The notes: generated by a model not told the origin, from the sequence alone. A stretch of DNA of 64,000 bases from Berkelbacteria bacterium GW2011_GWE1_39_12 (GCA_001029735.1 CP011213.1:848298-912297); one strand, 5' to 3'; counted from the stretch's first letter, positions 45,547 to 53,345 are shown. Made by a program: numbers and translations.

Positions 45547-45642
45547 TTTGCTTTCCTCCTGGAAAGATATACTTGATCAGGTATGGCTACCTCATCAAGC
45601 GCAGGGCATTCTGCCCAGTATACCCCTTACAGGGGAAATTGG
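45541..45642 (-). promoter_or_regulatory. structured 5' leader, copy 1 of a 102-bp near-identical repeat (hairpins CCCCU-gua-AGGGG, GGGCA-gaa-UGCCC, CUUGAUGAGG-loop-CCUGAUCAAG, SD-sequestering CUUUCC-AGGA-GGAAAG)
   Basis: Read directly; ends at the ATG-GCA of the downstream ORF. Confidence 0.55.
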
Positions 45643-45732
45643 TGATTAGATTTTCTAATCCTCAATGTTTCCATGTAAGGAACTTTGGAGCCGAGGTATG
45701 AACCCCAGCTCCGCTGTAACAAAACCAATCTA

Positions 45733-46032
45733 TCAGCTCTTTGACAGATCGGTAACTGCGCATTTGAACCTATAATTTACTTCGTTTGCACTCTTGTAGA
45801 CTATTTCTACCCTGAGCCTACAAACTCTACTGTCTGACCGTCGGAAGAGAATAACCCCTTCCATTTTATGATCAGACTTCTTCTCTCGACTGTCGTCGGC
45901 TTGAACCTCTATCCTCTCCAGCGACCAGAAGTGAAGAAAATCTAAATCTCCCACTTCCTTCGCGAGATACCCATATGCTGCTGATACCAGATGTCCAGCC
46001 GCGCTGCCTATAACGATTGATCTTCTTGCCAT
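45733..46032 (-). CDS. hypothetical protein (99 aa), preceded by leader copy 2
   Basis: MARRSIVIGSAAGHLVSAAYGYL...; not similar to the 45148 ORF beyond Met-Ala. Confidence 0.4.
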   Translation of the reverse strand: MARRSIVIGSAAGHLVSAAYGYLAKEVGDLDFLHFWSLERIEVQADDSREKKSDHKMEGVILFRRSDSRVCRLRVEIVYKSANEVNYRFKCAVTDLSKS

Positions 46033-46128
46033 TTTGCTTTCCTCCTGGAAAGATATGCTTAATCAGGTATGGCTACCTAATCAAGCGCAGGGCATTCTGC
46101 CCAGTATACCCCTTACAGGGGAAGTTGG
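46027..46128 (-). promoter_or_regulatory. structured 5' leader, copy 2 (differs from copy 1 at 4 positions, including a compensatory pair in the long stem)
   Basis: Alignment of the two copies. An upstream TTGACT-17-TATTAT promoter sits on the minus strand at about 46215-46245. Confidence 0.55.
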
Positions 46129-46278
46129 CTACCTAAATTATAGATAGACAATTTCTCCTCAAGGAGCAAATAATAAACCTGTAAAATTATTAATGATCAT
46201 TCTTGTAAACCCATCTATAATAGCACGAAATGATTGAAAAGTCAAGTCATTAACAGGTAAACTCATAAAATTATTAGC

Positions 46279-46321
46279 AAAAACCCGCGGCTTTTGACCA
46301 AATGGTCGCCGCGGGTTTTTA
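46279..46321. terminator. bidirectional intrinsic terminator (ACCCGCGGC-17 nt-GCCGCGGGT, A-run/T-run flanks)
   Basis: Perfect 9-bp GC-rich stem. Confidence 0.65.
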
Positions 46322-46328
46322 GTTCGAA

Positions 46329-46586
46329 TCACACCGAATGTTCATAAAGCCAGAGTGTTAGAGCAGCCCACGTGGCTCCGCCAACATAGGCAGGAACGTC
46401 ATTGTCAACCGCTTCCTTAATCAGCCCCACCAGCTCGTTAGCATTCGGATCTTGCTCCCGAAGACCGCTTACTATATCGGTCAGTTCAGATGGAGTTTCG
46501 GATCCATTATTTCGAGCAGCAATTGTCTTGTTTACCAGGCCTCTGAACCTTTCAACGACTATCGGATTAACATCTCGATGAAGCAT
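46329..46586 (-). CDS. hypothetical protein (85 aa); own TTGACT-17-TATAGT promoter upstream on minus strand
   Basis: ORF plus GAAAAGGAG RBS; no recognisable domain. Confidence 0.4.
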   Translation of the reverse strand: MLHRDVNPIVVERFRGLVNKTIAARNNGSETPSELTDIVSGLREQDPNANELVGLIKEAVDNDVPAYVGGATWAALTLWLYEHSV

Positions 46587-46732
46587 ATCTGGTCTCCTTT
46601 TCAGTCTCTGATTTTCATTCTAAACTAACCACTATACCATAAAAACTACAAAAAGTCAATCCCTTGATTAAACCTGTGTTTAGGTTTAAAATGGGGTTAG
46701 ATTAAGTAATCTCTCGAAGTAAAGGAATTTAA

Positions 46733-48049
46733 ATGGCAGAAAACTTACAAAAGCCTCGTGGCACAAAAGACATTCTCCCTGATGAACAAAAATACTGGCA
46801 GTACGTTAGCCAGGTTGTTTTTGACAAATGCGAAAGCTTCGGTTGCGGCAAAATAACTACACCGATGTTCGAGTTCGCAGAAGTTTTTACCAAGAGTTTA
46901 GGTTCAAGCTCTGACATTGTCACCAAAGAAATGTTCGAAGTTCGCCGTGCCATTAATCCTTCACTAATTGAAGAGGGAAGCGAAACAGACAAGAAAACCA
47001 TGGTTCTCCGTCCAGAATTTACAGCTGCCATTGTTCGATCATATATTGAGAACGGTATGAAGATTTGGCCTCAACCAGTCAAACTATACTACGAGGGCTC
47101 CTGCTTCCGCTACGAGCGCCCACAATCAGGCCGATACCGTCAATTCAACCAATTCGGCGTTGAAGTCTTTGGCGACATTGATCCCTTAATTGACGCATCG
47201 ATTATTTACCTTGGTTATCAAATATTAAAGAAATTAGGCTTGGCACAAAACATCACCATCGATATCAACTCTGTTGGTTGTTCGACTTGCCGACCAAAAA
47301 TGAGAAAGAAATTAACCGACTATTTTGAAAAGTTCCTACCAACCCTATGCACGGATTGCAACAAAAGATTTATTGAAAATCCATTAAGAATTTTGGATTG
47401 CAAAGAAGAAAAGTGCCAAAAGGTAGTTGAAGGGGCACCTCAATTAGTCGATATGCTTTGCACCGAATGCAAGACACACTTCAAATCAGTTTTGGAAAAC
47501 TTGGATATTATGCAGATTCCTTACAACCTCAACTCCAAGTTGGTCCGCGGTTTGGATTACTATACCAAAACCGTCTTCGAATTTTACGATAGCAACGACA
47601 CTGCTCGCCAGTCAACTCTTTTGGGCGGCGGACGATACGATAATTTGATTAAAATGTTCGGTGGCAGCGATACACCAGCCGTTGGTTTTGGTGCCGGTAT
47701 TGAACGGCTTGTTGAGAAAATGAAGGAACTGGAAGTCGAAGTGCCGGAAGGCGGACGCGCTGAGGTTTCGATCATTCAAATCGGCGACAAAGCCCGAAAA
47801 AAATGCTTGCCTCTTCTTAATGAACTTGAAGAATTAGGCATTAAAGTAACCTGTATTATGGGTAAAGATAGCCTCAAAAGCCAGCTTCGCATGGCTTCAA
47901 GAATGAAGAGTAAAGTTTCAGTCATTATTGGCCAGCGTGAAGTGTTGGATAATTCAGCCATCGTTCGCGACATGATCGACGGCGTTCAAGAAACCGTGAA
48001 AATGGACAAATTGATCGGCATTCTAAAAGGGAAATTAGACAAAATTTAA
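46733..48049 (+). CDS. hisS: histidine--tRNA ligase
   Basis: ...KPRGTKDILPDE... motif 1 region, class II core and anticodon-binding domain; 438 aa. Confidence 0.9.
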   Translation: MAENLQKPRGTKDILPDEQKYWQYVSQVVFDKCESFGCGKITTPMFEFAEVFTKSLGSSSDIVTKEMFEVRRAINPSLIEEGSETDKKTMVLRPEFTAAIVRSYIENGMKIWPQPVKLYYEGSCFRYERPQSGRYRQFNQFGVEVFGDIDPLIDASIIYLGYQILKKLGLAQNITIDINSVGCSTCRPKMRKKLTDYFEKFLPTLCTDCNKRFIENPLRILDCKEEKCQKVVEGAPQLVDMLCTECKTHFKSVLENLDIMQIPYNLNSKLVRGLDYYTKTVFEFYDSNDTARQSTLLGGGRYDNLIKMFGGSDTPAVGFGAGIERLVEKMKELEVEVPEGGRAEVSIIQIGDKARKKCLPLLNELEELGIKVTCIMGKDSLKSQLRMASRMKSKVSVIIGQREVLDNSAIVRDMIDGVQETVKMDKLIGILKGKLDKI

Positions 48050-48063
48050 GTTCTATATAATAC

Positions 48064-48094
48064 AAAAAAAGCTCCGCAACTCGGAGCTTTTTTT
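48064..48094. terminator. intrinsic terminator after hisS (AGCTCCG-caact-CGGAGCT + T7)
   Basis: Perfect 7-bp stem flanked by A7 and T7. Confidence 0.7.
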
Positions 48095-48171
48095 GGTATA
48101 GATGTATGTATGCATTGACAGTTACTTCTAAATCAGTTAATATAATATGTCTGATTACAGGAGGTGGAAAA

Positions 48172-48717
48172 ATGGATGAAATTCTAGCTAAACTCAAAAA
48201 GTTGCTTGAGGCAAAAATTAGAGTGCTCACAGCAATTCGCCGAACGAAGAGCGATACGGCAGACAAGCTTAAATCCGGATCCGACGAATTCGCAGACGAA
48301 CTGCGCCAAATTCTTCGCTGTGTTTCAGATCACGCAGAAGATTTGGTCGGAGAAAAAAGTGATATGATCACTTGGGGATGTGCCAGATGGGCAGAGGATT
48401 CCAATGATTATCGCAAACTGTATCTGACAAAAGCTGGGGACTGGAGATCCCAGACACATCCTGGCTGTCATGTGCCTTGGCATTATCTTATTGATCCCAA
48501 TGCTCCGAATCCTCGATATGAGATCAATAACTATACGTGGATCGCTGAAGCTTTCGAAGATGGACTAAAGACGCTTCTTCGGACCACGGATCTTGACGAG
48601 GCTAAAACCGAAAGCCTAAAGGCCGACGACAAACTCTCGTATTTCAAAAACCAGAGAGCTACTCTTCGCCAAGCAATCACTGACGCATACAAACAACTCA
48701 ATCAGCCATCCGACTGA
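48172..48717 (+). CDS. hypothetical protein (181 aa from ATG 48172; longer ORF from 48106), higher-GC
   Basis: AGGAGGTGG RBS before ATG 48172; no recognisable domain; followed by terminator 48725-48753. Confidence 0.5.
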   Translation: MDEILAKLKKLLEAKIRVLTAIRRTKSDTADKLKSGSDEFADELRQILRCVSDHAEDLVGEKSDMITWGCARWAEDSNDYRKLYLTKAGDWRSQTHPGCHVPWHYLIDPNAPNPRYEINNYTWIAEAFEDGLKTLLRTTDLDEAKTESLKADDKLSYFKNQRATLRQAITDAYKQLNQPSD

Positions 48718-48724
48718 AAATATA

Positions 48725-48753
48725 AGCGCACGGAAACGACGATGCGCTTTTTT
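48725..48753 (+). terminator. intrinsic terminator (AGCGCA-12 nt-TGCGCT + T6)
   Basis: Stem-loop followed by TTTTTT. Confidence 0.6.
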
Positions 48754-48776
48754 AAATCAAAAAAATAATACTTTAA

Positions 48777-49519
48777 CCATATTCCACCTCGTAGGTGGAA
48801 TATGGTTCAGCCTGCATAATCTTCGATAATTATTTTTCTAATAATGGATAGATTTTTTTGGTAGGATTTTCGATCATTAACAAATTCTTGATACTGCTTT
48901 GGCGTGAAATCAAACAACCCATCAAAAGAACATAATTGAAGGTTTGATTGCCCTAAATATTCTTGATAGGACGAAAAGTCCCAATCTTGAGGTTTTTTAA
49001 CCAAACCAGCTGATGTTGGATTGAGATGAATATAACGACTTAAATGCAGAAGCTGCTCATCTGATTTAACTAGAACGCTTTTAAACCTACCTGCCCATAA
49101 GGGCCCGGTTCTCTTAAATTTAATATTGTGATAACGAGTATAGCAATTAAGTGTTTTCGCCATAAAATTCGAGATTCCTTTGTCGGTAATTTGCTTCAAA
49201 ATTAAATGAATATGAGTTGGCATAAGACAATAGGCAATTATCTGCACGTCTACTTGACCAGACTTCTTCATCTCATTAATTATTGCGGCTTGTAATTTTT
49301 TATCTAAGTTTAAAAATCTCGAATATTTAAAATTAAAATTATTAAAGCGATATAGATCCAAGATGTTGATTAACCGATTAAAATCTTGAGCATTGTTAAA
49401 AATGACATATTTGGCGATGCTCCGACTATAAACATGATATACCGAGCCTGACACCAATGGTTCTTTTCTGTACTGCATAATATCACTATACCATATTCCA
49501 CCTACGAGGTGGAATATGG
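48777..49519. mobile_element. REP-associated tyrosine transposase (RAYT) unit: tnpA-REP flanked by two inverted 29-bp palindromic REP hairpins (CCATATTCCACCT-CGTA-GGTGGAATATGG at 48777-48805; reverse complement at 49491-49519)
   Basis: Flanking hairpins are exact reverse complements of each other and bracket the Y1-transposase gene. Confidence 0.7.
48807..49478 (-). CDS. REP-associated tyrosine transposase (IS200/IS605-like Y1 HUH transposase)
   Basis: ...YHVYSRSI...IIAYCLMPTHIHLIL... HUH motif and ...LSRYIHLNP... catalytic Tyr region; 223 aa. Confidence 0.8.
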   Translation of the reverse strand: MQYRKEPLVSGSVYHVYSRSIAKYVIFNNAQDFNRLINILDLYRFNNFNFKYSRFLNLDKKLQAAIINEMKKSGQVDVQIIAYCLMPTHIHLILKQITDKGISNFMAKTLNCYTRYHNIKFKRTGPLWAGRFKSVLVKSDEQLLHLSRYIHLNPTSAGLVKKPQDWDFSSYQEYLGQSNLQLCSFDGLFDFTPKQYQEFVNDRKSYQKNLSIIRKIIIEDYAG

Positions 49520-49620
49520 TTGTAAGATAATTATTTATGAAAATTACTTATATAAATAGCAAAGAGCCCGCGGTCATATGATCTTTGATATCATTTCAGA
49601 TCGTAACCACGGGCTTGATG

Positions 49621-49866
49621 TCATTCTGCATAGCCGTCATATCTCATCTTAACTACCACGGCAGCATTACCGGATGTGTTACCAATGGAGGGCGGCTGTT
49701 CTATCGAAACAGTATCCAGAAGCTCTTGGCGCACATCCTCCTCAGACGCGTTAGATGATATTGCCCATTTGCACACTGAGTCGATCAGCTCTCTCTGTTC
49801 GGCGGTCATTCCTCTTGTAGAAATACCAATACCTTGCCTGATTTTCGTAAACTGACTCTGATTCAC
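49621..49866 (-). CDS. hypothetical protein (81 aa), higher-GC, divergent from lexA
   Basis: ORF only; shares the lexA control region. Confidence 0.4.
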   Translation of the reverse strand: MNQSQFTKIRQGIGISTRGMTAEQRELIDSVCKWAISSNASEEDVRQELLDTVSIEQPPSIGNTSGNAAVVVKMRYDGYAE

Positions 49867-49953
49867 AGCGCACCCTCTTTCTTATCAACATTCGGCTGTA
49901 TAGTATTACTTTTCACCCATAAAGTCAATATATCTAATGTAAGTTATCCACAA

Positions 49954-49982
49954 TTGACATTCGTTTTTTGTTCGCTTAGAGT
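49954..49982 (+). promoter_or_regulatory. lexA promoter (TTGACA-17-TAGAGT) with candidate SOS operator TTCGTTTTTTGTTCG (49960-49974) filling the spacer
   Basis: The same 15-nt motif (1 mismatch) fills the spacer of the dinB-operon promoter at 55623-55637. Confidence 0.55.
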
Positions 49983-50001
49983 AAATATATACAAACAAAA
50001 A

Positions 50002-50046
50002 GCGAAAAGGAGACCAATAGAAAAGAATACTTTTCGCGGAAATTTC
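50002..50046 (+). promoter_or_regulatory. lexA 5' UTR hairpin (GCGAAAAG-20 nt-CTTTTCGC) + GGAAATTTC element
   Basis: Same hairpin-GCGGAA(A)TT architecture as upstream of leuS, rpmF and porA. Confidence 0.4.
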
Positions 50047-50057
50047 AAGGAGAAATT

Positions 50058-50654
50058 ATGGAACCACTAACAAAACGCCAAAAAGAAATCTATGACTTTA
50101 TCGAACAATATATCGCATCTCACGATTACGCCCCCTCCTATCGTGAGATTGCGGAATTTTTCAATCTTTCTTCCGTCGCCACGGTGTCAGATCACATCGA
50201 GAATTTGAAGGAAAAGGATTATCTCAAAAAGGACTTTAACGAAGCCCGATCCTTGCAACTGACACCGCGTTTCGACGAGCGAACATTCACCATTCCGTTG
50301 CTCGGCGCCATTGCTGCCGGCATGCCGATCGAAGCAATTCGTACCAACGAGACGATTGATATCCCTAAAGATATGATGGGTAAAAACGTTTTTGCTCTGA
50401 AAGTAAGAGGGGACTCAATGATTGACGATGGTATTTTTGACGGCGATTATATTGTCATTGAACAAACTAACAGCCCTCATGATGGCGAAATAGTCGTCGC
50501 CTTAATCGAAAACGAAATGGCCACGCTAAAAAGATTTTACCGCGAAAAAGATTGTATTCGTTTGCAACCAGCCAATTCAAATTACAACCCAATTAGAACT
50601 AATAAAGTTACTATCCAAGGTCGGGTAAAAGGGGTCATTAGAAAGTTTAGCTAA
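50058..50654 (+). CDS. lexA: LexA repressor
   Basis: N-terminal wHTH (...LTKRQKEIYDFIEQYI...), Ala-Gly cleavage region, S24 peptidase ...VRGDSMID... and Lys (...TLKRFY...). Confidence 0.9.
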   Translation: MEPLTKRQKEIYDFIEQYIASHDYAPSYREIAEFFNLSSVATVSDHIENLKEKDYLKKDFNEARSLQLTPRFDERTFTIPLLGAIAAGMPIEAIRTNETIDIPKDMMGKNVFALKVRGDSMIDDGIFDGDYIVIEQTNSPHDGEIVVALIENEMATLKRFYREKDCIRLQPANSNYNPIRTNKVTIQGRVKGVIRKFS

Positions 50655-50672
50655 TTTCCTAAAGGAGGGAAG

Positions 50673-50840
50673 ATGCTCTTAGAAACAGTCTCTAACTTAA
50701 TTTGGACCGGAGGTATGAATTTACCCGATGTGGCTTTAATCGTCGAAGATTGCTGCGATCCGATGGTTTTAGATACTTATAAAAAGGAGGAATGTGGAAA
50801 CGAAAATTCAAGTCATTTTAATCTTGCTCATCTTTAATAT
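50673..50840 (+). CDS. possible small ORF (55 aa) downstream of lexA, overlapping the next gene start
   Basis: AAAGGAGGGAAG then ATG; MLLETVSNLIWTGGMNLPDVALIVEDCCDPMVLDTYKKEECGNENSSHFNLAHL. Coding status uncertain. Confidence 0.25.
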
Positions 50841-51147
50841 TTTCTTTATTGTCCTTTGGCGGACGAACAAAAACCGCTACAACGATCTCGCTTTTCGCAA
50901 GCAATCTCTCTCGTCCCGCTACGGGAAAATGACCGAACAGTTTATGCCATTTTTAAAAGACTACCCATATGATCCATGTAACTTTCGTTTTCTAGGTTCG
51001 CCAATTGACGGTGTGCAATTTGAAGAGGATAAAGTCATTTTTATTGAGTTCAAAACAGCTAATTCTAAAATGAGCGACAAACAAAGAAATATCGCCGATC
51101 TCATCTACAGAAAAAAGATAGATTTTGAAGAACACCGGATTGATTGA
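50794..51147 (+). CDS. hypothetical membrane-anchored protein with PD-(D/E)xK-like motif (IDGVQFEEDKVIFIEFK)
   Basis: N-terminal TM helix; the D...E.K spacing suggests a restriction-endonuclease-like fold. Pattern-based. Confidence 0.4.
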   Translation: METKIQVILILLIFNIFFIVLWRTNKNRYNDLAFRKQSLSSRYGKMTEQFMPFLKDYPYDPCNFRFLGSPIDGVQFEEDKVIFIEFKTANSKMSDKQRNIADLIYRKKIDFEEHRID

Positions 51148-51184
51148 GGTGTTCTGTATTCCCAAGAACACCGGATTGATTGAT
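51128..51184 (+). repeat. 20-nt direct repeat AAGAACACCGGATTGATTGA x2 separated by GGTGTTCT-containing spacer (alternative hairpins)
   Basis: Copies at 51128-51147 and 51165-51184. GGTGTTCT (51148-51155) can pair with either AGAACACC. Confidence 0.5.
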
Positions 51185-51185
51185 A

Positions 51186-51210
51186 TTAAAAAGGCCCGCT
51201 TAGCGAGCCC
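51186..51210 (-). terminator. intrinsic terminator of the 51210..51980 gene (GGGCTCGC-uaa-GCGGGCC + U5), overlapping its stop codon
   Basis: Read on the minus strand. Confidence 0.6.
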
Positions 51211-51980
51211 TATTCATTTGAGAGTGTTCTAATACGATAGACCTTTTGCGCATTGCGCAGCTGTTCTTCGTCGTTGATTCCCAGCGCTTCCTCAGGATCT
51301 TGAAGACGAAATTCCGAAACACCGCCGTTTTCCATAAAGTGATAGAGAGCTGAGTTTATGGTTTTCTCTCTCTTAGACGTGACATGGGTAATGCTCTGGA
51401 TTGCCTGCGCTAGCATTTCCCGACGGAAGATAAACATCGATGGGTTAACATCGCGGATTACTGCAGCCTCGGGTAGAGGATCTTCGGGTTCGAAGATACC
51501 AAGGATATTGCCGGCGGCATCTTTGGCAATTCGGCCGTATCGACGAGTACTGTGTTCGTCCCATTTTTCAGCACATATACTCATCATGGACATGTTCTTA
51601 CCAGAGTCAAGATGATGTTTGGCGAACTCTTTGAGTGTTGACGATCGCCACAATGCCATGTCACCGAAGAGCACCATCACATGTTCAGTATTAACATACT
51701 CCAGTGCCTGTAAAACTGCCGGTGCCGTCCCAAGCCGCCGTTCTTGAATCACCACTGTTGCGTCAGATGGCAGAAACGGCATTATCTGGCTAGCAAAGAG
51801 AGGATTAAGCACTACAACTGCTTCATGCATTCCCGCACCATAAACTGCGTTCATCAGAACCTCGATCATTGGCTCAGCTTCTCTTATTTCTGCCAATAAC
51901 TTCGATATGCCAGAATTTACAGGAATCTGACCGTAGCCGGCCGCGGTAATTATTGGAGTGACATATTTTCTAATCATCAC
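51210..51980 (-). CDS. sugar-phosphate nucleotidyltransferase-like protein (NTP_transferase fold); higher-GC
   Basis: N-terminal ...ITAAGYGQ... glycine loop and overall size (256 aa). Weak pattern. Confidence 0.5.
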   Translation of the reverse strand: MMIRKYVTPIITAAGYGQIPVNSGISKLLAEIREAEPMIEVLMNAVYGAGMHEAVVVLNPLFASQIMPFLPSDATVVIQERRLGTAPAVLQALEYVNTEHVMVLFGDMALWRSSTLKEFAKHHLDSGKNMSMMSICAEKWDEHSTRRYGRIAKDAAGNILGIFEPEDPLPEAAVIRDVNPSMFIFRREMLAQAIQSITHVTSKREKTINSALYHFMENGGVSEFRLQDPEEALGINDEEQLRNAQKVYRIRTLSNE

Positions 51981-52100
51981 TGCCTCCTTTTTCCAATGTG
52001 CTCCCCTGATTTAATTAATTTAACCTGAAAAGCAAAATTTGTCAACCTTGAGCTGTTGCAAAGCAAGCCCTTTATCATATAATAAGAGCAAAGGAAGAGA

Positions 52101-52670
52101 ATGTCTAAACGTGCCTTCGACATATTACCGCCCATGCCTAGCAACGAGCCGCGGACCTACCACCATAGGGCAATTCACAAAGACAAGGGTAAAAAGGAAA
52201 AGAAATCCTTGCATACTTTTTTTGTGTTTGTTTTTGGTCTTTTTTTTATTTTTGTTCTATTTTCATTTGCTAAACTCAACAATTTTAATATTACTTCAAG
52301 TGGTACTAATGCAACCAAGCAAACAACTCAAAAAGACTCGAGTTTTGAATTGTTTAATAACCAGGGTCAATCCACTCTTTCGACAGAGTCCCAAAATAAA
52401 ATTATTAGTGTCAAGCTTCAGGATGGCGGCACTACGGCCAGTAATCTAGTCTTAGTGAAAGACACGCTCCTAAAAAACGGTTATGAGATTAATTCAACCG
52501 AAAAAGCCTTGATCACTACAGACAAAACAATCATTTACTATAAAAAAGGCGATATAGCCATGGCTAAGAAAGCTTTGGCCACACTAAGTACTATTCTTAC
52601 TGCCCAGATCCAAGAATCCGGTTCACTAAGCGCAGACTATGATTTATTGATATTAATTGGTAATCAGTAA
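52101..52670 (+). CDS. membrane-anchored protein with LytR_C-like C-terminal domain
   Basis: TTGCAA-16-TATAAT promoter upstream; TM helix; C-terminal ...IISVKLQDGGTTASNLVLVKDTLLKNGYEI... pattern. Confidence 0.45.
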   Translation: MSKRAFDILPPMPSNEPRTYHHRAIHKDKGKKEKKSLHTFFVFVFGLFFIFVLFSFAKLNNFNITSSGTNATKQTTQKDSSFELFNNQGQSTLSTESQNKIISVKLQDGGTTASNLVLVKDTLLKNGYEINSTEKALITTDKTIIYYKKGDIAMAKKALATLSTILTAQIQESGSLSADYDLLILIGNQ

Positions 52671-52721
52671 TTTGTTCTTTTTCACAAATAATTTTTAGAT
52701 CTAAAATTGTAAGATTTAAAT

Positions 52722-53345
52722 ATGGAAAATAAAACATTTATATTCGATAATGTCGAAATAACTCACATTAACCACGCGTCATTTAGGATTAAATACGATG
52801 ATCTGGTTATTTATATTGATCCGTATCAGGTTAAAGATGAACCAGCCGACTATATTTTAATCACTCATGATCATTTTGATCATTTCGACCCTAATTCAAT
52901 CGAGTTATTAAAAACACCGCAAACCGTTTTTATTGTGCCAGAGATTATGGCCGATAAATTCACCGGCAATGTTCATTCACTACTACCAGAAGAATCGTTT
53001 GGCGACGGCAAAATCAGCGTCTATACCATACCGATGCACAATATGCACCATCCAAAACAAAAGGATTTTTTAGCCTTTATTTTAGAAGTCGACAAAAAAC
53101 GCATTTTCCATGCGGGTGATAGCGGGCCGACCGACGAGATGAAAATGCTTTTAAATATCGATGTGGCTTTAATGCCAATCGACGGCAAATACACCATGAA
53201 TGAAGCTGAAGCAGCTGATATGGTTAAAGAGTTCAAGCCAAAAGTAGTAATTCCAATGCACTACGGCGAAATTCCCGGAGGAGGCGACCCGGAGCTTTTT
53301 AGACGGTTAGTGAACGGTAATGCCCAGGTTGAGATCTTAGAATAA
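52722..53345 (+). CDS. metallo-beta-lactamase-fold hydrolase
   Basis: ...LITHDHFDHFD... HxHxDH motif; 207 aa. Confidence 0.75.
   Translation: MENKTFIFDNVEITHINHASFRIKYDDLVIYIDPYQVKDEPADYILITHDHFDHFDPNSIELLKTPQTVFIVPEIMADKFTGNVHSLLPEESFGDGKISVYTIPMHNMHHPKQKDFLAFILEVDKKRIFHAGDSGPTDEMKMLLNIDVALMPIDGKYTMNEAEAADMVKEFKPKVVIPMHYGEIPGGGDPELFRRLVNGNAQVEILE

Noticed and set aside
45541-46128. Interpretation of the 102-bp repeats as integron attC sites
   Set aside because: Each copy contains a Shine-Dalgarno and ends at the ATG of the downstream ORF. They are therefore 5' leaders, not 3' recombination sites. No intI-like gene is in the window.
49867-50057. Search for canonical LexA boxes (CGAAC-N4-GTTCG or CTGT-N8-ACAG) upstream of lexA
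   Set aside because: Neither is present. The only shared element with the dinB promoter is the TTCGYTTTTTGTTCG 15-mer reported above.
50794-50796. GTG 50794 as the start of the 117-aa gene given that AAGGAGG ends only 3 nt upstream
   Set aside because: Not rejected outright. The spacing is short but similar to the lexA-downstream sORF, and no alternative in-frame start exists before residue ~50. The start is kept with low confidence.
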